Source of the DNA: a virus | Taxonomy: Duplodnaviria > Caudoviricetes | Strand: one strand, 5' to 3' | DNA: 56,042 nucleotides | IMG/VR virus record: IMGVR_UViG_3300033741_000064 | Coordinates: 1-56,042 of that record | Shown: positions 1-9,102 of the stretch, one piece after another | Position numbering within the stretch: the stretch's first letter is position 1 | How the letters are laid out: each line of letters begins with the position of its first letter | Notes under the pieces: generated by a model | Databases searched by the model: none | The model's input: the letters and a program-made list of their open reading frames with translations, nothing else | Told to the model about the DNA's origin: nothing | Translations under genes and position numbers: made by a program

Positions 1-126
1 CTTCGTTTCGTAGCCGATGATCGTGCCGCGCGATGCCGAATTGAACGGGAGCCACAAAGCGTCTGCTCGCCGTAACGACGAGCCTGGCGCTTGGATCTCC
101 GAGACGAAGTGACCAGCCAACGGCTT
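1..126. repeat. Terminal overlap, identical to 55916-56041 (circular assembly)
   Basis: 126 identical bases at both ends (base 127 differs); an ORF reads through the junction. Confidence 0.95.
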
Positions 127-189
127 AGAGGGTGGAGCTTCCAACGAACGTCGGAGAGCTGTCACCAAAGCCGAAGCTGTCCACTTCAT
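1..189 (-). CDS. 5' part of the MmcB-like nuclease gene, continuing across the junction into 55250-55915
   Basis: ATG at 189 gives MKWTASALVTALRRSLEAPPSKPLAGHFVSEIQ..., in frame with ORF 55250..56035. Confidence 0.8.
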   Translation of the reverse strand, partial: MKWTASALVTALRRSLEAPPSKPLAGHFVSEIQAPGSSLRRADALWLPFNSASRGTIIGYETK

Positions 190-190
190 C

Positions 191-472
191 TCAGTCATTG
201 ACTCGCCGTGCCGGATGCAATTCGCCGTAATGCCCCAACGTCACGACAACGGCTTCATCGAACAGCTCTTCCCACAACTCAAAGTAGATGCCCTTCTCGA
301 GAGACAGACTGAACTCGCACTCGCGGAGATCCTCGAACTCTTCCACGCACTCAACCGAGTGCAGGAGGTAAACCCGCTGCTCAGCCGTAATAGCACGCGC
401 CAGATGGAGAGTATTGTCGCGCTTCGCTCCGACAATTTCTTCAACATGATCGGAGGGGACGAAATCACTCAT
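191..472 (-). CDS. Hypothetical phage protein
   Basis: 93-aa ORF packed tightly between neighbours. Confidence 0.75.
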   Translation of the reverse strand: MSDFVPSDHVEEIVGAKRDNTLHLARAITAEQRVYLLHSVECVEEFEDLRECEFSLSLEKGIYFELWEELFDEAVVVTLGHYGELHPARRVND

Positions 473-999
473 TAGCTTGCCTCCGCCTTCAACTTCGCCA
501 ACGTCTCGTGATACACCTTGTCAGCCGCGATCTTGGCCCTCGACTCCAGACCCTTACGCCGATCCTCTTTCTCTTCAATCAGCCGCGCCTTCTCGCGATC
601 CTTCACGAACTGGCGCGACTTGCTGAGCGATTCTTGAAAGTCCACCAACGTGATCTTGTGCAAGTAATCCGGGGAAATCACAGCGATCTCTTCAAGGATC
701 TCCGTCTCAGTGCCCTCGAACCAGCGGCGATTCTGCCGGCCGTCGAAGCTCGAAAGCTCTACCAAATCGTCGGGGATCGCGATGTCGTAACCGTCCATCT
801 GGAATCGGTCGACGATCAATTCGCGCTTTACCAGATCTCGCGCCTTCTCCACAAACTTGAGGATCTCAGGGAACTCTTTGCGTGGAGATCCCGGCAGGTG
901 CGCGATCAGCGGGAGATCCCACATCAACCGCACAACCTGACAGCTCTTCTGGTGGTAGCCCATCGGTCGACCACAACGACACCAATCAGTCATCGTCAA
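472..999 (-). CDS. Hypothetical protein with N-terminal CxC..H..C Zn-binding motif and C-terminal coiled coil
   Basis: WCRCGRPMGYHQKSC; overlapping operon arrangement. Confidence 0.7.
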   Translation of the reverse strand: MTMTDWCRCGRPMGYHQKSCQVVRLMWDLPLIAHLPGSPRKEFPEILKFVEKARDLVKRELIVDRFQMDGYDIAIPDDLVELSSFDGRQNRRWFEGTETEILEEIAVISPDYLHKITLVDFQESLSKSRQFVKDREKARLIEEKEDRRKGLESRAKIAADKVYHETLAKLKAEAS

Positions 1000-1255
1000 C
1001 CTCGATCTTCAGCAAGCTCAAAGCCTCATCGCGGAACTCCTGCAGAGACTCGATCTCCGCATCATTCGAGTCACCATCTGCCGCCGCGAAAGTGGCCTCT
1101 GCGAGATCTTTCAACGTTGCCGCTATCTCAGCATTCTTGTTCTCCAGCCACTCTTGCAGGTCAGCCAGCTCTTGTGCGGCTGTCGTGTCAACGCCGCGAG
1201 CTTGCAACGCTTCGGCAAGCATCCCGGCCAGCCATTCCAGCGTGATCTCTTTCAT
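986..1255 (-). CDS. Hypothetical acidic protein
   Basis: ATG at 1255 after GAAGGAG; ATGA overlap with upstream gene. Confidence 0.7.
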   Translation of the reverse strand: MKEITLEWLAGMLAEALQARGVDTTAAQELADLQEWLENKNAEIAATLKDLAEATFAAADGDSNDAEIESLQEFRDEALSLLKIEVDDD

Positions 1256-1473
1256 CGCCGTACTCCTTCCGGCCACTCGAGGCCACGTTCCTCGCGGATC
1301 TCGTCGAGCACCTTCAACGTGCCGCGCAACTGCTTCGCGTAATCCTGCATGAACGGGAACAGAACCGCCTTCTCGTGGATGTCCGTCGTGAACCTGATCT
1401 TCTTGATCAGCTCGTCGTCCGTCAAGTTGCGCTGGTCAGTCACGAACTCGACTCGCTCTTCAGCGGCGCTCAT
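1252..1473 (-). CDS. Hypothetical protein
   Basis: 4-nt overlaps on both sides. Confidence 0.7.
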   Translation of the reverse strand: MSAAEERVEFVTDQRNLTDDELIKKIRFTTDIHEKAVLFPFMQDYAKQLRGTLKVLDEIREERGLEWPEGVRR

Positions 1474-2159
1474 GCCGTCACCTTCTCAGGGAACAATGCC
1501 CACCACGACTCCATCAAGAAATCGTAATCTTCCTGCGCATAATCTTCGAGGCCAATGAGATCTCTGGTCGCTACGGCCAGCATCGCGTCCTGCACGGCGT
1601 CACTTGCGTCCGGGGTGGAAATGTATTCCGTCGACCGGATAGCGGCCACACGGAGCGTATAGAGCGACTTGCGCCGGGGCTCCGAGTAATCGACCGAGCT
1701 AATCGCGTGGAGCTGAGCCGAAATGCGACTCTCGCGCCTCCGCCACTCTTCCGAGATGTCGATCAACTGGCAGTGCCGCGCAATCGCCAACGCTTCAATC
1801 TCTGACTCCGACAGATTCATCGCGAGCTTCATGATGTCGACCAGATCGACCGCTTGCGGCCCGATCGCGGCTTGCACTAGCTCGAAGTTGAAATCTGTAT
1901 CGAGCGCCCTCAACACTTCCGGCTTGCCGCGCTTCAACGACTGGTGCCAATCGCTATCGAAACCGAGCCACTCGAGCATCGCCATGACAACGAGCCCATC
2001 GACGCGATCCGTGGCCACGTCACGCACAGCACCGTGGAGAGAGAAACCTTCAGATCTCACCATCCCTCGCTGCGTCCAGCCGTCCCGCTTGATCACTTTC
2101 TGCGCACGCTCCGCGATGTCGCGGTATCGGTTCACAATGATGTTCATGATGCCTTCCAA
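1470..2159 (-). CDS. Hypothetical actinophage protein (start may be 2147)
   Basis: 229-aa ORF in operon. Confidence 0.7.
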   Translation of the reverse strand: MEGIMNIIVNRYRDIAERAQKVIKRDGWTQRGMVRSEGFSLHGAVRDVATDRVDGLVVMAMLEWLGFDSDWHQSLKRGKPEVLRALDTDFNFELVQAAIGPQAVDLVDIMKLAMNLSESEIEALAIARHCQLIDISEEWRRRESRISAQLHAISSVDYSEPRRKSLYTLRVAAIRSTEYISTPDASDAVQDAMLAVATRDLIGLEDYAQEDYDFLMESWWALFPEKVTA

Positions 2160-2455
2160 GGGTTGACGTGGGAGAGGTCAAAAGTCTCGAGATGCTGCCC
2201 GACTACCGAGCCGAGAATGTCGGTGTTGTACTCGCGGCCGTCCTCGCAATATGAGTGGCTCACGCCGGCCTCCGAGATCACGAACTTGAATACGCCCTCG
2301 TGACCGGGGAAGTCTTCAGCTCCGAGGGGGTGGAACTCAACGACGATCACGTCGGAGTCGGGAAAGATCTCGTACAAGCGCTCCGTCAAATACGGGATGC
2401 GCGCCAACTGGCGCTTCCGGATTACTGCCGGTTCTTCTGTGGTCAAGGTGCCCAT
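2144..2455 (-). CDS. Hypothetical protein
   Basis: Start MGTLTTEE follows a GTTAGGAAC leader motif. Confidence 0.65.
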   Translation of the reverse strand: MGTLTTEEPAVIRKRQLARIPYLTERLYEIFPDSDVIVVEFHPLGAEDFPGHEGVFKFVISEAGVSHSYCEDGREYNTDILGSVVGQHLETFDLSHVNPWKAS

Positions 2456-2483
2456 GATGTTGTTCCTAACTGTTCGGAGTGGA

Positions 2484-2747
2484 TTAGTTGGATGTCGCCC
2501 AGTGCTGGGAATTCTGACGCTCGAGATCTTCGCGCATCGCGCGCTCGCCGTACAGCTCGTCCGCTTCACGCTCGTTGCGGATGTTGTTGTTCAGGTCGAA
2601 GACTGTCTCAGCGACTCGCTGCGAGAGGCGACCGCCGAGGATATTGCAGCGGGTGTGAGCATCGCGCAAAACTCGCTGACGGCGCTCCGGGGTATCGTTG
2701 CCGGCCAATCCGCCGAGCATGGTCTGAACTCTTGCGTGCATTGCCAT
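2484..2747 (-). CDS. Hypothetical protein sharing a domain with 49170-49847
   Basis: Start after UUCG hairpin plus GGAACGGAAC leader; TPERRQRVLRDAHTRCNILG motif. Confidence 0.7.
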   Translation of the reverse strand: MAMHARVQTMLGGLAGNDTPERRQRVLRDAHTRCNILGGRLSQRVAETVFDLNNNIRNEREADELYGERAMREDLERQNSQHWATSN

Positions 2748-2788
2748 GATGTCGTTCCGTTCCGGGCCGAAGCCCAATCTGAATTGAG

Positions 2789-3025
2789 TTAGCGAGTCTG
2801 GGCTGGCAGGGTCATCGAAGCTTCGTACTCATCGTCGTCCATCTCGTAGCCGTCTTCGTAGATAGCCGGGATGATCTTGACTGAGTGGCCGAAAAACTCG
2901 CCTCTGGTCAACTCGCGATCCAACACTGCCAACCGCTCGTTAGCTTCAGCTTCGTTCAGGTCGTGAGCTACAACCATCGAAGGGAAGTCGATGCTCGTCT
3001 GGATGATGTCAAATGTTGCAGCCAT
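2789..3025 (-). CDS. Hypothetical acidic early protein
   Basis: First gene after promoter 3060-3096; GTTAGGAACGG leader. Confidence 0.7.
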   Translation of the reverse strand: MAATFDIIQTSIDFPSMVVAHDLNEAEANERLAVLDRELTRGEFFGHSVKIIPAIYEDGYEMDDDEYEASMTLPAQTR

Positions 3026-3059
3026 GATGCCGTTCCTAACTGGTAGAAGAATTGTTCTT

Positions 3060-3096
3060 GTAATACCAAGGTAATACAGCTTGCTCCGGGCCGCAA
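3060..3096 (-). promoter_or_regulatory. Early SigA-type promoter with overlapping 18-bp operator
   Basis: TTGCGG-N17-TACCTT; GTAATACCAAGGTAATAC at 3060-3077. Confidence 0.8.
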
Positions 3097-3119
3097 GTGT
3101 TTGGCCTAGAAATAACTAA

Positions 3120-3150
3120 CGGCGCCGACCGGGGGAATGGTCGACGCCGC
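3120..3150 (-). terminator. Putative intrinsic terminator
   Basis: CGGCGCCGACC/GGTCGACGCCG hairpin followed by a T-rich tract on the minus strand. Confidence 0.6.
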
Positions 3151-3180
3151 AAGCAGTTAGGTGCCGGCTAATCCGTGCAG

Positions 3181-4476
3181 CTACCGGACATTGCTGCCGT
3201 CCTCGATTACCACGCCCACCTCGCCGGACTCGTCGACGATCTCGAGCCAAATCTGGAAGCCATGCTCAGCCGCCATATCCGTGATGATCTTCATGCTCTC
3301 GCTATCGAGCAGTGACGCATCCCGAATTGTGATGACCCGAAGAGTCGGATTGCCAGCCATGACCAACGCCATAGAGATCTGCGTCTGCTCCGCCGCCGAA
3401 GCTTGCGCGAACGGCTGACCGTCGTACATCACCACGCCGTCCTCGAAACTCAAACCATCGACCGGGAACTTCGCCGCCGCGAGCGCATCTCGCTTCTCCT
3501 GCCGGCGTGCCTCAATCGTCGTCGTGCGACCCTCAGACTCCGCCGTCTTCGCCAACAGATCCTTCGTCGCGTGCTCGAACCGTTCGTTCGCTTCGATCTC
3601 ACTGTTCGTCTCGCCGGCAGTCGCAAGCGACTCCTGAAGCTCAGCGATCATCGCCGTGGAATCCGGCAAGCCCTCGTACTCCTTCTTCGCCGCCTCCAGA
3701 GAAACGCCGGCACGAGTCGCATCGCCACGAGCTGATTCCAACTGCGCCTCGAGCTGGCTCACTCGCCACTCCGCCGCAGACTTTGCATCCTGCGCACGCT
3801 CGTACTCACCCTGCTTCTCAGCGCGCGCGGTCTGCGTCGTCTGGAGATTACGGATCTCGTCGAGCAACAGCGTCGACTCCACACGCTCTGCTGGAGCGTT
3901 CGGATAACGCGGCATCGCCGCCACCTGAGCCTTCAACTCCTTCAAGCCGCGATCGAACACCGTGCGCTGAGCCTCGATGTCCTTCGTCTTCTCATCGAAC
4001 TCAATCGGATCAAACGGGAGATCCACCAACTCCAGCAACGCCGCGACCTGGCTCTTGTCGTCGAGTCGCGTGAAGCTCAACGGATCGAAACCCGCGTGAT
4101 TGATCAGCGCATCCAGAGCCGCTTGAGGCGACCGCCGTGGCACACCATCCTTATTCGCTAAGAACAGTTCAGTCGTCGTCTCGCCGTCCTCGCCCAGCTC
4201 CCACTTCCGGGTGACTGTGAGATCTCCGAGATCAATCATGACCGACGCTTGCGTCTCACCATGCCGAATCGGATTCGTCACCGCAGTATCACGCTTAGCC
4301 TTGCCACCGCCGATACCCAACCAGATCGAATCGAGGGTAGAAGTCTTGCCCTGCTTATTCTTCCCGGTGAGCTTGATCACTTCACCATCCGGCGTGATGT
4401 CGATCACCTTGATCCGCTTCACATTCTCAGCCTGAAGCCGGTGAATCCGAAGTGGAGTTTCTGTTTCCGTTCCCAA
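3181..4476 (-). CDS. SMC/RecF-like AAA ATPase with long coiled coil
   Basis: LQAENVKRI N-terminus, Walker A GKNKQGKTS, coiled coil, C-terminal ASAAEQ..ITIRDASLLD. Confidence 0.85.
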   Translation of the reverse strand: MGTETETPLRIHRLQAENVKRIKVIDITPDGEVIKLTGKNKQGKTSTLDSIWLGIGGGKAKRDTAVTNPIRHGETQASVMIDLGDLTVTRKWELGEDGETTTELFLANKDGVPRRSPQAALDALINHAGFDPLSFTRLDDKSQVAALLELVDLPFDPIEFDEKTKDIEAQRTVFDRGLKELKAQVAAMPRYPNAPAERVESTLLLDEIRNLQTTQTARAEKQGEYERAQDAKSAAEWRVSQLEAQLESARGDATRAGVSLEAAKKEYEGLPDSTAMIAELQESLATAGETNSEIEANERFEHATKDLLAKTAESEGRTTTIEARRQEKRDALAAAKFPVDGLSFEDGVVMYDGQPFAQASAAEQTQISMALVMAGNPTLRVITIRDASLLDSESMKIITDMAAEHGFQIWLEIVDESGEVGVVIEDGSNVR

Positions 4477-4500
4477 TTGGTACTCCGTTCCGACTAGCGC

Positions 4501-4839
4501 TTAGCGACTAGCCATTTTCTCTTCGATAACGCGCCTCCGACTGGAAGCCCGTCGATATGAACGCCGCTGGGTAGCAGTCTTACCGCCCCACACGCCCAAA
4601 TTTTCCTGCCGCTCGAGAGCCACTGCCAAACAAAGATCAACGAGTGGGCACTTCGTCACGCACACTCCAGCAGCTCTGTGGTTGTTCTCCGTGTCATCGA
4701 ACCAATCATCCGCACTCAGCATGTGCTCGACAGGATTCTCACAGGGGAGCTCCCGGCCGAGACGCTCATAGTTGAAGAGATCAGTAGCCTCTCTCGAACC
4801 ACGAACCGCCGTGTACGAAATCGTTGGTCGTCCGGTCAC
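4501..4839 (-). CDS. whiB: WhiB-family Fe-S transcription factor
   Basis: Four Cys (LPC...VCVTKCPLVDLC), GVWGG turn, basic C-terminal tail. Confidence 0.92.
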   Translation of the reverse strand: MTGRPTISYTAVRGSREATDLFNYERLGRELPCENPVEHMLSADDWFDDTENNHRAAGVCVTKCPLVDLCLAVALERQENLGVWGGKTATQRRSYRRASSRRRVIEEKMASR

Positions 4840-5150
4840 TTGTCAGCCGCCTCCGCGCGCTGCTCGTTCAACGGCTTCGACTTGAAACCATCACGACGCA
4901 GCTTGTAGACAGCGCCACGACTCAACTGAGTGTGAGCCGCAACCTCGTCATAGCTGAACAGGTTTAGTCCCGTCTCCGAGTCAGACAGCGCCAAATCAAC
5001 GAGTGTCTTCCGCCGAGCCCGAGCCTTCTCGAGCGAACGTTCTGCTTCAGCGACTTCGGTAACGGATCGCGCGAACGATTCAACGATCCGAGCCTTCTTC
5101 CGAACTCGCTCTTCTGTGTTAGCCACATCTGGCTTCTCTTTAGTAGTCAT
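4836..5150 (-). CDS. HTH DNA-binding protein, candidate operator-binding regulator (probably leaderless)
   Basis: SYDEVAAHTQLSRGAVYKL helix-turn-helix; operator copy 5149-5166 overlaps the ATG; TACCGT-N6-ATG. Confidence 0.75.
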   Translation of the reverse strand: MTTKEKPDVANTEERVRKKARIVESFARSVTEVAEAERSLEKARARRKTLVDLALSDSETGLNLFSYDEVAAHTQLSRGAVYKLRRDGFKSKPLNEQRAEAADK

Positions 5151-5219
5151 ATCACTACGGTATCACGGAGCGACTTGAGCCGGTAGAGGCAATTAGCCAA
5201 TAGCCAAATACTCCGGTGA

Positions 5220-5400
5220 GATCTGAAGTTATCCACAGGTTGCTCTCGTGTGGAACCAAGACTGATCTGCCCTATTAAGTTTCTAGTCTTCTTAAAGTTG
5301 GTCTTCTTATAGGTGCTGGTGATCAACATTAGGTTTTCAGCATTAGGCTCACCCGGTGAACGCGATTACCCACAGAGTTATCCACAGGTTCACTAATGCT
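5220..5400. other. Putative replication origin
   Basis: Perfect DnaA boxes TTATCCACA at 5229-5237 and 5378-5386, 1-mismatch box at 5366-5374, AT-rich centre; next to the rep-like gene. Confidence 0.65.
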
Positions 5401-5401
5401 G

Positions 5402-5719
5402 CTAGGCAACATCAGGGTCATCCGCGTACGGGTCGAGCAGATGCCACACAGTGCCAACCACAACGCCGTTGACGCGCTTCGTTTCACGTCTGAGATACCC
5501 ATGCTGCTCCAGCTCTGCTAACCAGCGGTCGATCTTGTGCCGCTTCGATGCTCGAGCCCGGTAAATTACGTCGAGCCGAACCTCGAACTCGTCGCGATGA
5601 CTGGTCAAGTAGGTGAGCAAGCCGAGCGCTCCCCAGTCAATCGAGGGATCTCGTGCCCACAGGTTCCGTAGTTTCGCCCAACCACTTAGGGGATCTGGAT
5701 AATCTTTTCGGACTGGCAT
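5402..5719 (-). CDS. Winged-HTH replication initiator-like protein (N-domain only)
   Basis: WGALGLLTYLTSH...LAELEQHGYLRR pattern typical of phage replisome-organizer N-termini. Confidence 0.65.
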   Translation of the reverse strand: MPVRKDYPDPLSGWAKLRNLWARDPSIDWGALGLLTYLTSHRDEFEVRLDVIYRARASKRHKIDRWLAELEQHGYLRRETKRVNGVVVGTVWHLLDPYADDPDVA

Positions 5720-5897
5720 ACCTTCTCCGTTCCGGGCTCTGCGACCCGTCTAGCGCCTCAAATCGTTCCGAGGTATTAGGTGATGGTCGAGCCGGGTAAA
5801 CCCGCTACAGGCAAACTGTGGTGCGATGAGCACTGGTTTCGCCTATGCTGTCTACCGGGTCGCCATTCTGTTATCGGTTGCTTTGTCACAGCAACCA

Positions 5898-5933
5898 GAG
5901 CACCCTTCGCACGCTAATGCGGAGGGTGTTTTT
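5898..5933. terminator. Hairpin/terminator downstream of the PG-binding gene
   Basis: CACCCTTCGCA...TGCGGAGGGTG hairpin; T-tract on the + side. Confidence 0.5.
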
Positions 5934-6781
5934 CAGTCTAGGGGAAAGCCGTCAACCGGGCGATGTACGAGCACGCCCCACTCTGGCCCTCTAATGAAGC
6001 CATTGACTCGCAAGCCATTCGCTTCCTGAAGCGCGCGCACATCACGAACCGTTCGCACGCCGTACTGAGATGTCACCGGGTTACTGGAGTAATCGAGAGA
6101 CACCAAGAGCGCCTGAATCATCCGTACCCACATGCCACCGTCGCCGGGTGACTGAGAGACTGTGCGTTGCGGGAACATCGACAGCCACGTCGCCTGATCC
6201 GCGAAACCAGACTCCTGCAAGTTGCGCATCTTCTGGAAGTAGAGGATCTTCTCAGTGAGCGACTTGCCCCACACGCCGTCATCCGACTCATCGTTCATGA
6301 AGAGCTGCAAGAACATCACGTCCGGGCCGCTCGAGCCTTCACCGATCGCGCGCGTGCCTGGCCGAGTGACTTCGACTAGCGAGTTCTCGATCTTGTCCAT
6401 CTCAGTCGTGCGACCTTCGACCAGCTTGCGGGTGATCGCATCCGCTTCTTCCAGTGTGCCGGTGAACGCAACCTCGCTCGTGTCCGTGTGAACCGTGAGC
6501 TGGAGCTCCTTGGCTTCCTCGATCAGTGACTCTGGCCACGGCCGCGTGAGTGGGATCCAGACAGACAGGCCGAGCGCTTCTTGATCAACAACAGACGCAC
6601 GCCAGCCAGCCATTGACGACGGGATCTCGATATACGCACTCGACATCATTCGCAGAAACTCCGTGAAGATCTCAACGACGTTCGCGTGAACTTCAATCTC
6701 AACGCCGCCGTATCTGACCTTCCGGATAAATCGTTTCGCAAAGAACTTGTGCTCTGGCTTACCCCAATTGTCTGCGCTCAT
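5933..6781 (-). CDS. Peptidoglycan-binding protein (two PG_binding_1-like domains) with a degenerate M15-peptidase-like N-domain
   Basis: GSSGPDVMFLQ...DGVWG..FQ and GDGGMWVRMIQ..YGVRT..LQ; TAGACT-N7-ATG leaderless start at 6781. Confidence 0.75.
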   Translation of the reverse strand: MSADNWGKPEHKFFAKRFIRKVRYGGVEIEVHANVVEIFTEFLRMMSSAYIEIPSSMAGWRASVVDQEALGLSVWIPLTRPWPESLIEEAKELQLTVHTDTSEVAFTGTLEEADAITRKLVEGRTTEMDKIENSLVEVTRPGTRAIGEGSSGPDVMFLQLFMNDESDDGVWGKSLTEKILYFQKMRNLQESGFADQATWLSMFPQRTVSQSPGDGGMWVRMIQALLVSLDYSSNPVTSQYGVRTVRDVRALQEANGLRVNGFIRGPEWGVLVHRPVDGFPLD

Positions 6782-6847
6782 GGGCGAGAGTCTACCCCTT
6801 ACCACAAGCTGCCGGCCAGAACCGTACGCTCTGGCGTTGCGGCCGTA

Positions 6848-7354
6848 TCACCGTCCGCTCTCGTTGATCGCTTCTAGGAACTGATCGAGTGTCGGCAAGT
6901 GATTGAGCCAGTAGCTCACGACCTTCTCGCAATCGCAAACCTGCTTCGCCGGATCGACCTGCTGACCTAATCGCGGCCGGCGATAAACCTCCAGCACTAC
7001 GCCGCTACTGTCGTCGAAGTCGATGAGGTAGCCGAACGCCGCATCACCGTAAACCGTGGCATCTGGCGCAGCGCCGAGAGACAGGGGAGATGAGAGCGAG
7101 GTGAACCGCGTCGAGAATACGTGCTCCCAAAGATCTCGCGGGTTCATGTTCGGGAAGTAATCTGCATCGCGGCCGACACGCTCGTCGGCATCGAACATCT
7201 TGAGACGCTCAACCAGCGGACGTGTCACTGCCGGGTTCATCTCACTCGCGTAGGTCAGAACTCGTCGACCGAGAGCAGTCGGCTCAGCACCGAAGAGGAC
7301 GCTGATCGCCTTGACCTCTCCGTTCAGCCGAAATCCGTAGAATCCACTACCCAT
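6848..7354 (-). CDS. Hypothetical phage protein
   Basis: 168-aa ORF in operon. Confidence 0.7.
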   Translation of the reverse strand: MGSGFYGFRLNGEVKAISVLFGAEPTALGRRVLTYASEMNPAVTRPLVERLKMFDADERVGRDADYFPNMNPRDLWEHVFSTRFTSLSSPLSLGAAPDATVYGDAAFGYLIDFDDSSGVVLEVYRRPRLGQQVDPAKQVCDCEKVVSYWLNHLPTLDQFLEAINESGR

Positions 7355-7643
7355 TGTCCGAGCCCTTCAAGTTCTCAGCCACGATGGTAGCTCGAGTAGC
7401 CAAATCAGCTCCCGCACGCAACGTTCTCAACGTGTCGAGCACCAAGCCCTTCGTGAGCCCGAGATCAATACTCTCACCATCACCGAACTTCAACGTCCAA
7501 GGTGGCGCCGGGTTCTCCGGTGTCGAGATCCGTTCAATCGTCAACGTCTTCGGATACGTGCCCGACCTGTCGTGTGCTCGAAGAGATGTGCGCAGCCGCT
7601 CCAGCTCAGTGCCTACTTGCGTCATCGTAGCCATTAGATCCAC
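7347..7643 (-). CDS. Hypothetical protein
   Basis: Overlapping operon ORF. Confidence 0.65.
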   Translation of the reverse strand: MDLMATMTQVGTELERLRTSLRAHDRSGTYPKTLTIERISTPENPAPPWTLKFGDGESIDLGLTKGLVLDTLRTLRAGADLATRATIVAENLKGSDNG

Positions 7644-8092
7644 GCACCCTTCGGGAAGTGACGCGAGCAGAAACCGGGTTGCACCATATCTTCACGGCCG
7701 CACTCCACACATTCCTGCAGAAGCTCTAGCTGGCTCTCTGTGGGCTCAATGCCGAGTAGAGGGGTTAGGAGAAGCCAACGAGCTAACGCGGCTCCTTCCA
7801 TATCGCCAACGGACTGACCGAGGACGGTGAGCGAGTCGTCTGAAAGAAACTGCAAAACATCCGAGTCCCACTCTTCCGTCGTCGCCATAGTCGCTGCAGC
7901 AAGCCGACCAAATGCCGCGTACTGCTCCTGAGTCGGCAAGCCTGGCACGCTCTGTCGAACGTCAGCGCCGCCGATAGCTTCGAGCAGCTTCCCTGCATAC
8001 TCGTCGGTATCCAACGACCGATCCGCCGTCTTGATCTCGTCGATCACAGTACACAGCGCATCATATTGGCTAGAGTCAATTCGTTTCTTCAC
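7634..8092 (-). CDS. Hypothetical protein with C-terminal CxxC..CxxH Zn finger
   Basis: ECVECG...FCSRH. Confidence 0.7.
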   Translation of the reverse strand: MKKRIDSSQYDALCTVIDEIKTADRSLDTDEYAGKLLEAIGGADVRQSVPGLPTQEQYAAFGRLAAATMATTEEWDSDVLQFLSDDSLTVLGQSVGDMEGAALARWLLLTPLLGIEPTESQLELLQECVECGREDMVQPGFCSRHFPKGAWI

Positions 8093-8367
8093 AGCTTTAC
8101 CTCCGGTTCATCTTCGATCAAAACCAAGCCACTGAATAGCAGCCGGCCGACAACAAGTTTCTTAGCTTCGAGCACTTCAGCCGGGAAGCCCTCTCGCTTA
8201 TATCCTTCGGCAAGTTCGCCGGCGAGGGACTCGTCTGTCGTCCAGATCTTGTCCCAGTCCATCTCCACATGCCAGAGCTGAGTCGTGCCGTTGAAATGCG
8301 CGACCGTGAACTTTCCGCCCGGCTCGAGTTCCGTCTCTACTGGAGTGACATTCTCTTTCTCGCTCAT
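8089..8367 (-). CDS. Hypothetical protein
   Basis: 4-nt overlaps. Confidence 0.7.
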   Translation of the reverse strand: MSEKENVTPVETELEPGGKFTVAHFNGTTQLWHVEMDWDKIWTTDESLAGELAEGYKREGFPAEVLEAKKLVVGRLLFSGLVLIEDEPEVKL

Positions 8368-8936
8368 CGCTGCGCCGCCTCTTTGCGAGCAGCCTTCTCA
8401 GCCTCTTCGCGGTCACGCTTCTCGCGGAGAGTCTTCGAGCGACGGTCAAACTCAGTCAACGTCGAGCGGTTGATCGACCACGCTTCACTCTCCGAATAAC
8501 CGGGGAGCCGACCGATCATCGCCTTCTCGATCGCGCGGCAGATCCGGTACGCTTCCGTCTCCGGAAAGTCTCGCGTCTCGCACGCTTGATATTCGTAACC
8601 GTGGATCGCCTTGAGGATCTCGACCGGGTAATCGCCCCAAGGTCGCAGCGAGCGCTTGTAAACGTATTGAGAGACTGTCTCTTCCTCGCTGTAGCGAGCG
8701 TTTACTGAGGCGAGGTTCTGGGATACAAGAATCTGGCCGACCCTTGAGGCGGACTCTTTCGTCAATGTCCGAATGAGCCCTCCGAATCGGAAGTCCACCA
8801 AACCAGAAGCGGGATCATCGAGTTCAGCTCTTGCTTCGTCGCTGTCATCAACCGCCCAACGAACTTGATCGCGATACGAAATCGCCGCCGTGAGCATTGC
8901 GTGGAAGTGCTCGAAGTCTTCCATGTTGGCGCTCAT
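8364..8936 (-). CDS. Conserved-looking phage protein with YEYQACE motif
   Basis: NLASVNARY...LKAIHGYEYQACET. Confidence 0.7.
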   Translation of the reverse strand: MSANMEDFEHFHAMLTAAISYRDQVRWAVDDSDEARAELDDPASGLVDFRFGGLIRTLTKESASRVGQILVSQNLASVNARYSEEETVSQYVYKRSLRPWGDYPVEILKAIHGYEYQACETRDFPETEAYRICRAIEKAMIGRLPGYSESEAWSINRSTLTEFDRRSKTLREKRDREEAEKAARKEAAQR

Positions 8937-9061
8937 GATGTCACCGTCCGAGCAAACTGCTTCGCGGTGCGCTGTTGCTTCCGAGCATCTGACCGAGCAC
9001 GCTCACGCATCTTGTTCTCGTGCGCAATCCGGCGCGCATCTGTCGACTTTCTGTTTCCCAT
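8933..9061 (-). CDS. Small basic protein, 42 aa (not in ORF track)
   Basis: MGNRKSTDARRIAHENKMRERARSDARKQQRTAKQFARTVTS; UUCG hairpin plus GGAACGGAA leader; ATGA overlap. Confidence 0.65.
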   Translation of the reverse strand: MGNRKSTDARRIAHENKMRERARSDARKQQRTAKQFARTVTS

Positions 9062-9102
9062 GATTCCGTTCCGTTCCGGGCCGAAGCCCAATCTGTTGAG
9101 GG

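Noticed and set aside
1-126. Biological direct terminal repeat
   Set aside because: It falls mid-gene and its length matches a typical assembler k-mer overlap
3060-3077. Operator as a LexA SOS box
   Set aside because: It does not match the actinobacterial TCGAAC-N4-GTTCGA consensus
5147-5329. 60-aa ORF as the read-through C-terminus of the rep protein
   Set aside because: Same frame, but TAG and TGA stops intervene; it lies in the DnaA-box region and lacks an RBS
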